DNA of 64,000 nt, taken from assembly GCF_006345805.1 (NCBI RefSeq), contig NC_043020.1, forward strand, positions 14,074,001-14,138,000. The letters are read 5' to 3'. Positions 25,018 to 38,473 of this stretch are shown in pieces. How positions within the stretch are numbered: position 1 is the first letter of the stretch; every line of letters begins with the position of its first letter. Under the pieces are notes generated by a model. The model did no database searches, was not told the origin of the DNA, and worked only from the letters and a program-made list of their open reading frames with translations. The position numbers were made by a program, and so were the translations under genes. The DNA comes from Octopus sinensis. Taxonomy: Eukaryota.

Positions 25018-26159
25018 TATTATTAGGCTATAACAGAAATAGTTATGTCTTTTTACAGTGGCTATTCTTTCCATTGAAGTCGTGTTGAAGGAGGATATTT
25101 AATGATATATTTGAGATATAATAGCTCAGAGGAAATAATTATACATCCTAATATTGGACTATTTACCTTAGTCGATTTATGGCAATCTCTTATAAGCTTT
25201 AAGCTTATAAATATTATTGAGTGAGAGAGCAGTGCGTGCCATCAAAGTGACACTAGGGTAAAATATACGAAGCCCAGTATACCCATCATGACTACCTGTC
25301 TGATAATGGTACACCAGGCACATGCATCACAACCATATGTGCGCGACATGGTGATCTCAAATCAAGATAAACAGCGCATGACCTTGCAGGCGGGGCCCAG
25401 TTAGAATTTTCTTCTGGTCGAGTAACCCATCCCACTCAAAAGGTCCCTGAATAAGGATTGTTTAAGGATGTAGAACGAACCACCCATGTTTCCAAAGGTG
25501 AATTATCCAAACCTCCAAGAATTCCTTTCAACACACGGCTATGATGCTCCCCCACTACTTCTGCTCATGATCAGAGATGCACATAACGTCAGCCACTAAG
25601 GGACATGCTCAACTGGTTAAGGTCAAACAACTGACAAGCAAATCTGTGGTATTGAGCAGAATAATTGCTGTAGCCCATCTTTTATACCAAGACAAAACAA
25701 TGTACATGATAGCACTTCCAATCATGATGCACTGCATCAGGGCATCTATTATTATTATTATTTACAGAAATGTAAAATTCGGCACAGTTTACCAAATAAT
25801 CGCTGAAAATATATTTTGGCACAAGGCCAGCAAATTCGGGACAGGGGCAGTTTTATTACATCACTTATTTTATCGTCACCGAAAAGGATGGAAGGTAAAG
25901 TGGACCTCGGCGGAATTTGAACTCAGAATGCCACTATTCTGACAGACGAAATGCCACTAATCTGCCGGCCCACTGCCGCTTTTTCCCTTTTCCAAACCAA
26001 TATTAAATACTAGACTTAGCGGTATTTCGTCTGTCTGTACGTTCTGTACGATAAATGAAGTACCAGTTGCGTACTGGGGTCGATCACTTGACTTGGTCCC
26101 CTCCACCCAAAATTTTGGGCTTTGTGACTAGAGTAGAAAAGAATATTAAATACTAGGCG

Positions 26160-26880
26160 GAATTCTCATAACTTTTTAATTTTGGGGAATTTTCAGAAAA
26201 GTTTTGCAAATTTGTGTTCTACACACAGGAATTTATACGATTATAAAACAACGAAAAGAAAATTTTTGTGTGTGCATGATTTAAGATTGATTTAGCTGTT
26301 GTTTTTAGCACATCTCTCGACCACCTGTTACCATCCTCGTTTCTCTGTCACTCTGACATGTATTGATGTTTTTCAATATATTTCTCATCATAAAAGTATT
26401 TAATGGAATGATGATGCACCCAAGGATAGTCCATTGCTAAGATTTAAGCAAAACATTCTGTCTGTATTTCGTTTTTGGATTTGGTTTGCAAGATTCTTTA
26501 TATGAATTCGTGTGTTGAAGCATATTCTGCTGTGTCTGGGGAGAGTCATTTTCTTTTTGTGTCTTATTATTTAACACACTCACCAGTAAAATTTTCCAAA
26601 AATAAGAAAAAAGTGGAAATTTTACCGGTGAGTGTGTTAAATTATAAGGCACAAAAAGAAAATGACTCTCCCCAGACACAACAAAATTCTGTCTGTATTT
26701 TAAACTCCAATTTAAAAAAAAAAAATCGGTAAAGAGTGGAACTTTTAGGATTTATCTGAGGGAGGGGTTTAAAAACAAAATGAGAAAAAGAAATTTTTTC
26801 ATAATCATATGAAATCCCATGTGCAGAATACAAATTTGTAAAAATTTTCTGAGAATTCCAAAAAATAAAAAAGTTATGAG
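26160..26880. mobile_element. Long-TIR foldback/MITE with internal hairpin
   Basis: ctcataactttt...gaattttcagaaaa is inverted at 26820-26880. A related copy lies at about 51490-52590. Confidence 0.6.
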
Positions 26881-27722
26881 TGGTTATAGGGGGTGCTTCA
26901 ACCAGAATTCCTCCATATATTGTTATTATTTACCAAAGATTTCTTTCATTTATTTTTAAAGAATATATACAGGTGTGACCATACGGTTAAGAAGCTAGCT
27001 TTTGAAGTATGTCATTGTGGGTTCAGTCCCACTGCGTAGCACCTTGAGCAAATGTTTTCTACTATAGCCCCAAGCCAACCAAAGTCTCATTTATGGATTT
27101 GGTAGACGGAAATTGAAAGAAGCCTGGCATATGTGATTGTGTTTGTGCTTGTTTCCACCACCTTACCTGACAATCTGTGTTGGTTTGTTTATGTCCGCAT
27201 AACTTAGCAAAAAGAAACCCGCTGAATAAGTACCAGGCTTAAAAAGCTATATGTGCTGGGGTTGATATGCTTGACTTAATCCCTTTAAGGGTAAAAGATC
27301 AGAGATAGAAGATACAGTCTAACCCATGCCAGCATGGAAAAATGGACGTTAAATATGATGATGATGATTGTTGAAATCACAGTTTTGATTCTTTTATCTT
27401 TTTGGGCACCACCTTCAAGAATTTTTATTCGAATAAGTCAACCCCAATATTTGTTTCTTTTATTTTTTTTTAAACCTGATACTTATTATATTGGTCTCTC
27501 TTGCCTAACTGCTAAGTTACGGGGATGTAAACACATCAACACTGGTTGTCAAACAGCGGTGAGGACACACACACACATATATATATATGATGGGCTTCTT
27601 TCAGTTTTCATCTATCAAATCCATTCACAAGGCTTTGGTTGGCCCGAGGCTATAGTAGAAGACACTTGTCCAAGGTGCCATTCAGTGGGACTGAACCCAG
27701 AACTATATAATCAGGAAGTTTC

Positions 27723-28609
27723 TTATTTCTTTACTGCCCACAGGGGGCTACACACAGAAGGGACAGACAAACGGATTAAGTCGATTATTTCGACCCCAAT
27801 GCGTAACTGGTACTTATTTAATCGATCCCAAAAAGATGAAAGGCAAAGTCGACCTCGGTGGAATTTGAACTCAGAACATAGCAGCAGACGAAATACTTAT
27901 TTCTTTACTGCCCACAAGGAGCTAAACACAGAAGGGACAAACAAGGACAGACAAATAGATTAAGTCGATTATTCCGACCCCAGTGCGTAACTGGTACTTA
28001 TTTAATCGACCCCGAAAGGGTGAAAGGCAAAGTCAACCTCGGCAGAATTTGAACTCAGAACATAGCAGCAGATGAAATACCTATTTCTTTACTACCCACA
28101 AGGGGTTAAACACAGAAGAGACAAACAAGGACAGACAAATAGATTAAGTTGATTATATCGACCCCAAAAGGATGAAAGGCAAAGTCAACCTCGGCAGAAT
28201 TAGAACTCAGAACGTAGCAGCAGACGAAATACCTATTTCTTTACTACCCACAAGGGGTTAAACACAGAAGAGACAAACAAGGACAGACAAATAGATTAAG
28301 TTGATTATATCGACCCCAAAAGGATGAAAGGCAAAGTCAACCTCGGCAGAATTTGAACTCAGAACGTAGCAGCAGACGAAATACCTATTTCTTTACTACC
28401 CACAAGGGGTTAAACACAGAAGGGACAAACAAATATATTAAGTCGATTATATCGACCCCAGTGCATAACTGGTACTTATTTAATCAACCCCCGAAAGGAT
28501 GAAAGGCAAAGTTGACCTCAGCGGAATTTGAACTCAGAACGTAGCAGCAGACGAAATACCGCCGAGCATTTTGCTTGGCGTGCTAATGTCTCTGCCAGCT
28601 CGCCGCCTT
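27723..28609 (-). mobile_element. SINE family B pentamer inserted in a SINE A
   Basis: Unit 3' ends near 27723, 27897, 28081, 28233 and 28384; two units share the same internal deletion. Confidence 0.85.
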
Positions 28610-29047
28610 TACCACACAGCCATGCCTGTGCCTGATTGTCATGAAATACAGAATAAAAATCAATGACTTGCAAATGAAATCTGACTGTTGATTCATAAAA
28701 TCATATGATATTAACCTGTCAATAGGCTGAAATAATTGTGTTATAGTAAATTCTTTGTCCTTGTAATCATATGACAAAAGTTGTATGGCTGTTCAGAGCA
28801 AAAATACATGTGTTACAGCAAACACATATTTTTTAATCATTATTAAGCATTACTCACTTGGGAAGTAATTTAAAAATATACTATATATATATACACTTAA
28901 TTCAGCTTTCTGTTTACCAGGCGAATCACATGTATTCATTGAATGACAGCTACGTTCTACATTTTCTCCTAAAATATTGATTTAAAATTTTGGCACAAAG
29001 CTAGCAATTTTGGGTAAGGGGTAAGTCACTTGCATTGACTCCAGTAC

Positions 29048-30165
29048 TCATCATCATCATCATCATCATCATTTAACATCTGTGTCCAATGGACAGTACC
29101 ATAAAAGCCGGCCAAGCTGAAGCCTACACCAGACTTTTGTGACTGATTTGGCAGGACTTTTACAGCTGGTTGCCCTTCCTGACACCAACCACTCAGCAGA
29201 GTGGAGTTAGTGTTTTTTTATGTGGCACAAGCACAGGTGAGGTGAGTTGTACTTTATACATGGCACAAGTACAGGTGGGGTCAGTTTTGGCAAGGTTTTT
29301 ACAGCTGGATACCCTTCCGAACACCAACCACTTTACTGTGTGGACTGGGTGCTTTTAAGCGGCACTTGCACTGACAGGATCACCAAGTACTTTGCCTTTC
29401 ATCCTTTCGGGGTCAATAAATTAAGTACCAGTTACGCACTGGGGGTTGATGTAATCGACTTAATCCGTTTGTCTGTCCTTGTTTGTCCCCTCTATGTTTA
29501 GCCCCTTGTGGGTAGTAAAGAAATAAGGATCACCAAGTACTTGCAAGACAAAACTTTTCAGAGGGGAAGAGGCATTGGAGGAGGTAATGATGAAATGGTT
29601 ATAGTGAGACAGATATAGGTGTCTTGCTGTAGAGGAAGTACAAGGTTACCTGGTCAGAGAGAGAAAGATCAGGAATGAAGACAGAAACAGGTGTGCTACC
29701 ACAAAGAAAATACATGGTTGCCCAACCTGAGAGAAGTACAGGAGTGAGAGAGAGAGAGTATTTCTTTATTCACCATAAGGTTGAGAAAAAGAGGGGACAA
29801 TACGGGGTCAGGGTATCGAATGAGATGAAACGTATGAATAAACAAACAATTGAAATATATACAATTAAATGAGAATGAGTGATTAACAAAAAATGAAGCG
29901 GAGGACACGGTTGACCCCACAAACCACAGAGTGGGAGACCACAGGATGGAGATGGTGGCAAAATGCCAGGCATTCTCACAAGGAATGGGGATCAGAGTGT
30001 AAATGAGATGCTTGAGTAAAGCAAAAGAGAGATATAGATAGTGGCAAGTGCCAGGGTATACACTTGAGGTTCAAATGCCATAATATAAGTGACAGGATAT
30101 TGCAAAGGGAGTGTGAATAAGTGGTGAAAGACCTGGGTATACATAGGGTTGGAGGGACTACTGGG
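29048..30165 (-). mobile_element. Long 3' region of a LINE ending in the family C (ATG)n tail, interrupted by a truncated SINE B
   Basis: The family C tail continues into ~0.6 kb of non-simple sequence. The SINE B piece 29393-29526 has a 16-bp TSD ggatcaccaagtactt. Confidence 0.55.
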
Positions 30166-30196
30166 TAGTAATGATACTCAACTGGTACTTATTTTA

Positions 30197-30498
30197 TATT
30201 ATTTACATTCGATGGATATTTGTCCTCATCTTGTTTGTTGTTAACACAACAATTCGGCTGGCATACCCTCCAGCCTTCATCAGGTGTCTTGGGGAAATTT
30301 CGAACCTGGGCTCTCATTCCTAAGGTATGTTTCAATGTTACTTTAGGAATGAGAACCCAGGTTCGAAATTTCCCCAAGACACTTGATGAAGTTGGAGACT
30401 ATGTCAGCCAAAACGTTGTGTTAACAAATAAGACGAGGACAAATATCCGTCAAATGTAAATAATGTACATAATTCCTCATCTCTTAAATATAGAACCG
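30197..30498. mobile_element. Penelope-like inverted (palindromic) unit with two hammerhead-like cores
   Basis: Arms 30198-30323 and 30343-30464; 14-bp direct repeat tggtacttatttta on both sides. Confidence 0.7.
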
Positions 30499-30827
30499 TG
30501 GTACTTATTTTACTGACCCTGAAAGGATAAAAGGCAAAACCGACTTTGGTGGAATTTGAACTCAGAACGTGAAGACAAATGAAATGCCACCAAGCATTTT
30601 GCCCAGCATGCTAACAATTCTGCCAGCTCACAACCTTATTTTCTCCAAAAATCATCATCATCATCATCATCGTTTAACGTCCGTTTTCCATGCTAGCATG
30701 GGTTGGACGGTTCGACCAGGGTCTGGGAAGCGAGGAGGCTGCACCAAGCTCCAGTTTGATCTGGCAGTGTTTCTACAGCTGGATGCCCTTCCTAATGCCA
30801 ACCACTCTGTATATATATATATACATT

Positions 30828-31058
30828 AAGGCGGCGAGCTGGCAGAAACGTTAGCACGCTGGGCAAAATGCGTGGCCATATTTCGTCTGTCGCTACATTC
30901 TGAGTTCAAATTCCGCCGAGGTCGACTTTGCCTTTCATCCTTTCAGGGTCGATAAATTAAGTACCAGTTGCGCACTGGGGTCGATATAATCGACTTAATC
31001 CGTTTGTCTGTCCTTGTTTGTCCTCTCTGTGTTTAGCCCCTTGTGGGTAGTAAAGAAA
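30828..31058 (+). mobile_element. SINE family B monomer
   Basis: Consensus match, flanked by tatatatatacatta on both sides. Confidence 0.85.
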
Positions 31059-31083
31059 TATATATATATATATACATTAGTAG

Positions 31084-31640
31084 TTAGCAACTTCAGGATC
31101 AGGGCTAAATAGATAACCAGAAGAAAACAAGCATGGAGAAGAAGAGCCTGGAATCTTAAGGATTCTGTGAATGGATAGAGATTTAGAGACGTATTACATG
31201 AACCTTTTGTCAAACTGGGGGAGGATATAGCATCACATGACCCAAGGTAATGTGGTGGTGGAACAATGTTGTTGACAGAGCTATTAGGGAAAAGAAACAG
31301 GCATGGAAGGACTGGAAGAATGGTGGTAGCAGGGAATTGTATCAGATTGCCAGAAGGGAAGCTAGGAGACAGGCTTACTTAGCCAGAGGGGAAGCAGATA
31401 AGAAAAAATTTGCCATTGTTCTGCATTGTGAGGACCAAAGACTTGAAGTGTTTCGTGTTGCAAGACAACATGTGAGAGAGAATCATGATGTCATAGGAGA
31501 GAAATGCGTTTGCATAGATGATGGTTCACTTGCATTTAATGAGGCTGCAAAGAGAGAGACTTGGAGACACCACTATGAAAGGTTGCTAAATGAAGAGAAT
31601 GGATGGGAGAAAGAGAGTCTGCCAAATGTTAACTTATTCT
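31084..31640 (+). mobile_element. RTE-clade LINE ORF fragment (endonuclease-RT linker)
   Basis: WWWNNVVDRAIREKKQAWKDWKNGG...VIGEKCV...W..HYERLLNEEN is typical of RTE-type ORF2. Confidence 0.75.
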
Positions 31641-31722
31641 CTCCAACTCTTTTGCTGAACTGCTAAGTTTGTCAGGTGGTGGTGGTGGAGAACAGATACA
31701 GAGACATACCCACTTAAATATA

Positions 31723-31958
31723 TATTTCTTTATTGCCCACAAGGGGCTAAACATAGAGAGGACAAACAAGGACAGACAAAGGGATTAAGTCGATTACATC
31801 GACCCCAGTGTGAAACTGGTACTTTTATTTATCGACCCCGAAAGGATAAAAGGCAAAGTCGACCTCGGCGGAATTTGAACTCAGAATGTAATGACAGACG
31901 AAATACCGCTAAGCATTCCGCCCGGCGCGCTAACGTGTCTGCCAGCTTGCCGCCTTAA
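31723..31958 (-). mobile_element. SINE family B monomer
   Basis: Consensus match. Confidence 0.85.
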
Positions 31959-32533
31959 ATATATACATATACAATGGGCTTCTTTCAGTTTCCATCTACC
32001 AAATCCACTCACAAGGTTTTGGTTGGCCCAACACTATAATGGAAAACACTTGTCCAAGGTATCATTCAGTGGGACTGAACTCGGAATCATGTGGTTGGGA
32101 AGCAAGCTTCTAACCACACAGTCATGCCTGCACCTATGGCTATCTTCTACTCATGCTCTAAATTCTTGAGTGCATCTTTGTTGGCTAATCCATCCTACCT
32201 GATATTTTCATCTTGTTCTAAATATTTCAAGTTTTCACTTAACTACATAACTTCTTTGTCAAGGTTAGTCAGTATAAGGCATTCTACAGATAATCACCTT
32301 TTTCCACATGTTAACTGCATAAGACCTGCCCACCACAACAGAATTGTCATCTTAAAATCAATGTGCCATGTAAAAAGCATTGGTGTGGATGCTGGTGCCA
32401 CATAAAAAGCACTGGTGTTGGTCCCACATAAAAAATGCTGGTGATGACGTCACATCAAAAGCACCCAGTACACTCTGTAAAATGGTTGGCATTAGAAAGT
32501 GCATCCAGCTATAGAAACCAGGCCAAAACAGAC

Positions 32534-32956
32534 TAGGCGCAGGAGTGGCTGTGTGGTAAGTAGCTTGCTTACCAACCACATGGTTCCGGGTTCAGTCCCA
32601 CTGCGTGGCACCTTGGGCAGATGTCTTCTACTATAGTCTCGGGCCAACCATAGCCTTGTGAGTGGATTTGGTAGACGGAAACTGAAAGAAGCCCGTCGTA
32701 TATATGTATATATGTATATATATATATATATATGCGTGTGTGTGTTTGTGCGTCTGTGTTTGTCCCCCTAGCATTGCTTGACAACCGATGCAGGTGTGTT
32801 TATGTCCCCGTTACTTAGCGGTTCGGCAAAAGAGACTGATAGAATAAGTACTGGGCTTACAAAAGAATAAGTCCAGGGGTCGAGTTGCTCGATTAAAGGC
32901 GGTGCTCCAGCATGGCCGCAGTCAAATGACTGAAACAGGCAAAAGAGTAAAGAGTA
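32534..32956 (+). mobile_element. SINE family A
   Basis: Full-length consensus match. Confidence 0.9.
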
Positions 32957-33323
32957 TGGCACCTGGTGTGGCTCCTGGCCATGCTGGTTCCTGTTAAACT
33001 ATTAAACCCATGCCAACATGGAAAATGAACATTAAATGTTGTTGATGATGATGATGATGATTCAAATCTCATTAGAATATTCTACTATAGGCACAAAGCC
33101 TGAAATTTGGTGGGTGTGGGGCTAGTCAAACACATCGACCTCAGTTCTCCACTGGAACTATTCTTATTGACCCCAAAAGAATGGAAAGGCAAAGTCAACC
33201 TCAGCGGAATATAAAAACTCAGAATGTAAAAATGAACGAAATGCCACTAAGCATTTTTCGAAGCACTCTAACGATTCTGCCAGCTTGATACCTTTATAAG
33301 AATATTAATTAATAATTTACTTA

Positions 33324-33700
33324 TAGGCGCAGGAGTGGCTGTGTGGTAAGTAGCTTGCTTACGAACCACATGGTTCCGGGTTCAGTCTCACCTTGGGCAA
33401 GTGTCTTCTACTATAGCCTTGGGCCAACCAAAGCCTTGTGAGTGGATTTGGTAGATGGAAACTGAAAGAAGCCTGTCATATGTGTGTGTGTGTGTGTCTG
33501 TGTTTGTCCCCCCAATATCGCTTGACAACTGATGCGGGTGTGTTTACATCCTCGTAACTTAGCGGTTTGGCAAAAGAGATCGATAGTATAAGTACTAGGC
33601 TTACAAAGAATATATGTCCTGGGGTCGATTTGCTCGACTAAAGGCGGTGCTCCAGCATGGCCGCAGTCAAATGACTGAAACAAGTAAAAGAGTAAAAGAG
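33324..33700 (+). mobile_element. SINE family A
   Basis: Full-length consensus match. Confidence 0.9.
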
Positions 33701-33899
33701 GACAAAATATCTTTCTTTTACATTCTGAGTTTGAAGTGAATTTGACTTCTGTCCTTCCAGAGTTGATAAAATAAACAACCACCAGGAGTCAGGATTGATT
33801 TAATCAAATATTCCTTCCCCTAAAGTTGTGACCTTTCAAGCTCTAGCAGATGAAACTCCTTTCTACCCCTCTTTAGTCTTTCACACATGGATGCCATTT

Positions 33900-34620
33900 A
33901 CAGTTTACATTAAACTTCATTATCTCCATCAACAAACACCTTGAAAAACATTCTCTAAGGAGGACATGATAATTTTTTGTCCTTCAATATTCACATCAAA
34001 GAAACCATCTTTTATCTCACTTTTCTTGGATGACATTCACATTCAATTAAAACCACCAAAATTCTTAGAAAACGTAAGGCCTTGCAATCACTGCATCACA
34101 ACTTCTAATGATTTCTACATTCATAATATAGCACTTAATATAACACTTGCAGCCTAAAGACAAACTTTTTCCTGTTCAGAACCAGAAAATACTTCAGCTT
34201 TGAATAAATACTGACTTACTTAAGCTTTTTAGCTCCAGTAAGATCCATAATGGGATACATCTCCCACATGTGGACTGCCACTGCTGTTGTTATACACAGA
34301 AATATCTTGGACAATATTTCAAAGAAGGCCACCTGACTAATGGCAAGGACTCCCTCATCACCACACTCCTCAAATTGTACTTCAGTTATTACCATAATGG
34401 CCTCTAGTTTTCATCAGAAAACTGCATATCACCTCCACCTAAATTCACCCAACATACCTGCTTCTCCTGCTCTCACCTCCTATTCTAGGTTTCATTTCTG
34501 TAGTATGAGGAAACTGCAATGTGAGGAACAAAATATCTCCCTCTCAGCATCGGCTGTCCAGCTGGGTTAAATCTGAGACACACCCTACTTGCCTGACCTA
34601 CTGCTAATGCCCTTTCTAGC
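33900..34620 (+). mobile_element. Heavily decayed L2/Crack-like LINE ORF2 C-terminal fragment
   Basis: VRSIMGYISHMW resembles IRP.MEYCSH.W; many stops and frameshifts. Confidence 0.45.
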
Positions 34621-34975
34621 TCCCATATCTGCTCATGTCTGTCCACAACAGTTGCCCAAGCAAAAGAGACCCATGCTGGTCCTACTTCTGCCCACATCAT
34701 CACTCACTCTTCTTCTTCCAGTAGGGCCCCTCAGCCATTGACACCACTGACCCTTTCCTTCCATTCATCTCAACCCCACAATTTCCCAAGACCAAAACTA
34801 AACACTAGACCCCTATCTTTCCTCACAGAAAATCAAATCTCCTGAAATTCTCTTCTTTCTAATCTTCCAAGGAACATCAACATGCAGCAGCTATTCAAGC
34901 TGTGAACAATATCAGAAGAACTGACAAGTTCAGGGAAACAATTCCTTCTTCCTGCTAACACCTATTTCTCTAGAC

Positions 34976-35194
34976 CAGTGGTTTTCAACCAGGGTTCCAC
35001 GGAACCTTAGGGTTCCACCAGTACAGTCCAGGGGTTCCGCAAGAAGTTACAAAACTGCTAAAATCAGCAGTAATTTTTAATTCTCCTGTGCAGATATGTG
35101 TGCATAAGATTATTAAATTATTGCACAGGGGTTCCTCGAGCCAGTGGAATGTTTCCTTGGGGTTCCACTTCAGCAAAAATGTTGAAAAGCACTG
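34976..35194. mobile_element. hAT (Charlie-like) MITE, 219 bp
   Basis: TIRs CAGTGGTTTTCAAC / GTTGAAAAGCACTG with perfect 8-bp TSD ctctagac. Confidence 0.9.
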
Positions 35195-35266
35195 CTCTAG
35201 ACCAACAGAAACTGGGATATTTAAGCAGTAATTTATCTCTCTATAATTGATACTTTCCATACAAAA

Positions 35267-35674
35267 TCTCTATATATATAAACGGCAGTTTGTCTGTCTG
35301 TGTGTCTGTGTGGCTGTCAGGTTGTACCCTCACCCTGACCATGGCTTTCAACCGATTCTGATGAAACTTGACACACACATAGCCCAATGTCATAATTCAA
35401 AACTAACGCAGAGAAAACTTTGAAAGGTTCCCCCAGTTCTGAAAAAAATCGATAAATTCGACATGGGGTCGAGAATCTAAGCTTTTTATATGCAACACAT
35501 TTTCTGTCGGGAGACAGCTAGGAACATCATATACATAGAAGTATTCGAGTGAAGAGAAGACATTGCAACCTACACATGCGCCTTCGTTCCCTAGAGGGAA
35601 AGAACTAGATTGGGATTAGTCGTTGCCTACTAGGGGCTCTTACATACCGGGGCAACGCCGGGCTATGCTGCTAG
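35267..35674 (+). mobile_element. Non-autonomous Helitron (family H2: H1-like termini, different interior)
   Basis: A|TCtctatatatataaac...CCGGGGCAACGCCGGGctatgctgCTAG|T. Confidence 0.8.
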
Positions 35675-35739
35675 TAATTAAATAATTCTAAATGCTGCTT
35701 CAAAAATGTTATATTGAACTTGTTTATAACAAAGAACTA

Positions 35740-35945
35740 CATTGGTATGAATTGTTCCAAGAATCAAAGCCACCGACTGCATCATCAGTTCCAACACGTC
35801 TTGTTAATTGTCAGTTTGTGGGTGGCTGACATAGTTTATGTTGAAGAGACAAGCCCAGTTGAAATAGTTTCAAAAGAAATTCTATTTTCAGTTCTGTGCA
35901 ACAGTGTCGCAGTTGTTTCTCAATTTCCTTTTGTTCTCAATTCCT
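35740..35945 (-). pseudogene. Decayed mariner-like transposase fragment (related copies 38745-39005 and 46265-46455)
   Basis: Minus strand has a (P)HKLT remnant of WVPHEL and an FRDNFNLEN remnant of the HTH region; highly degenerate. Confidence 0.4.
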
Positions 35946-36046
35946 GAGGAATGGCAAGTCAGTATAGCTGTGTGGTTAAAAAGTTTGCTCTATAACTGTG
36001 TGGCTCTAGATTAGATCCTACAGTGGGGTACCTCGAGCAGATGTCT

Positions 36047-36430
36047 TACTCTTTTACTTGTTTCAGTCATTTGACTGCAGCCATGCTGGAGCACCGCCTT
36101 TTAGTCGAGCAAATCAACCCCGGGACTTATTCTTTTGTAAGCCCAGTACTTATTCTATCGGTCTCTTTTGCCGAACCGCTAAGTGACGGGGACGTAAACA
36201 CACCAGCATCGGTTGTCAAGCCATGTTGGGAGGACAAACACAGACACACACACACATACATATATACGACAGGCTTCTTTCAGTTTCCATCTACCAAATC
36301 CACTCACAAGGCATTGGTCGGCCCGGGGCTATAGCAGAAGACACTTGCCCAAGATTCCACACAGTGGGACTGAACCCAGAACCATGTGGTTGGTTAGCAA
36401 GCTACTTACCACACAGCCACTCCTGCACCT
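36047..36430 (-). mobile_element. SINE family A
   Basis: Consensus match. Confidence 0.9.
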
Positions 36431-36754
36431 CCCATATTCTTCAATTTATCAAAACTTTATGAGTGAAATTTGAGTAACAGAAATGTGAAGAAATCATTGG
36501 ACAGACTGTTTTTTGTTCTTGGTATACTTATTCTTCCTCTTGGTTTAGTCATACCACCTGGCTCTTAGATGTTCATATGGGGGCAGGACCTCTAGTGGTT
36601 TAGCAAATTCAGGAATTGTGATACAATAAAACACATAGATGAGATTCAGTCCTATGTAGATATGTAGACAGTAATAACTTGAAATGCTTCTACAATGTTT
36701 TGAAGGTTGTCTACAGCCTACAGAACTTTGACTCATTTCCATTACAGACTACAG

Positions 36755-37172
36755 GGATCTTTTTGGTTTGAACGGCAGTTTTTTAAAATAATTTCCACGT
36801 AACTAAACACTTTTAAACTTCGTATACTGGTAGAATGTGTTTATAAAACATCTTTTTCTCTTGGCTTTATTGAGAAAATTCTATAGCTTGTAAGATATTT
36901 GTTGTTTTTTTTTTCTTCAATTTCTGCAATTTCAACCAATCAATGATGTCTATTGAGGTGAAAACATTCTGTGCCGTATGAAAATGTCCTTCGTTTAAGA
37001 AACAGATTGGGTTTATTTACATTTCTGAAGAAAAAAAGAAACCCTTCCTCCACCCCTAACACTAACCCTAAAATAGATTGAAATGCAATAAATCGATACT
37101 AGGGTCATAATTATGGGTGACAATTTCATATAACACCACTAGAAAAAACTGCCGTTCAAACCGAAAAGATCC
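36755..37172. mobile_element. GG-terminated MITE family M1 (Merlin- or MULE-like)
   Basis: TIR GGATCTTTT(C/T)GGTTTGAACGGCAGTTTTT with perfect 8-bp TSD gactacag. Confidence 0.85.
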
Positions 37173-38066
37173 GACTACAGCTCTCTCTCTCTCAAAAATT
37201 GTACACATCAATAATGGAGTTAATTGAAGAATTATCAAATTTGGTAAACAGAAACTCTGTGAAAAAATGATAGTATTTGATACTGTTTCAGTTTATCAAA
37301 TTTCACACACCAGCCTTTGGCAAGCTCAAGGATATAGTAGAAGGCAGCTGACTAAAGTGCCATGTGATAATCTTCTGAATATTGTCTTGGAGTAAGAGAC
37401 CCATCCTGCAAACCAAAAGCCACTGTTCTGATGTTTGCTAGTGAAATGCAAGTTTGTAAAACAACAAACATGGCTTTAAATTTACCCAGAGTTATCTCTC
37501 TTCAGTATTTCTCACTGAGGAAAGCTAGAACCAGAAACACTGCATCTAGGAATCCGATAGAGGACAACACCAAGCAGTTATGGTGTTTCTACACCTTTCA
37601 CCATAAGAGGGAATATATTTCTCCCTGGTAGCTGCCATGAATTTGCTTTTAGAAGTTGAAATATGTCATAAACACATTTTAACTAACCTAAAGTTCATCT
37701 GTGTGTGTGTGTGTACATACATACATACATAACATACATACATACATATATATATATATTAGAATTGTTCTTCTGCCCTTATCTTGTAAATTATATGTAT
37801 ATATAGATTCTATTCAGAGACCCTAAGAACAGTTGAGGAAGTGGGCCCTTTCCTCTGATCAGCAGGTCACACAGATACAGGAGAAGTCAGCAGTCTCCAG
37901 GAAGAAGCATCAACTGACATTCCATCAAATTAAGAAAGAACTAGAGAAATGTTGAAACTATTGTAATCATTACTAAAAAGATTATTACAGCCTTGCTTGA
38001 TTCTTGACTAATTTTTGGAAAGATAACGATCCCTTGGTTGTTAATTAATGTACGAGCACACACATT

Positions 38067-38473
38067 TACTCTTTACTCTTTTACTTGTTTCAGTCATTTG
38101 ACTGCGGCCATGCTGGAGCACCGCCTTTAGTCGAGCAAATCGACCCCGGGACTTATTCTTTGTAAGCCCAGTACTTATTCTATCGGTCTCTTTTGCCGAA
38201 CCGCTAAGTGACGGGGACGTAAACACACCAGCATCGGTTGTCAAGCAATGCTAGGGGGACAAACACAGACACACAAACACATACACACACACTTATATAT
38301 ATATATACATATATACGACAGGCTTCTTTCAGTTTCCGTCTACCAAATCCACTCACAAGGCATTGGTCAGCCCGGGGCTATAGCAGAAGACACTTGCCCA
38401 AGGTGCCACGCAGTGGGACTGAACCCGGAACCATGTGGTTGGTTAGCAAGCTACTTACCACACAGCCACTCCT
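38067..38473 (-). mobile_element. SINE family A
   Basis: Consensus match. Confidence 0.9.
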
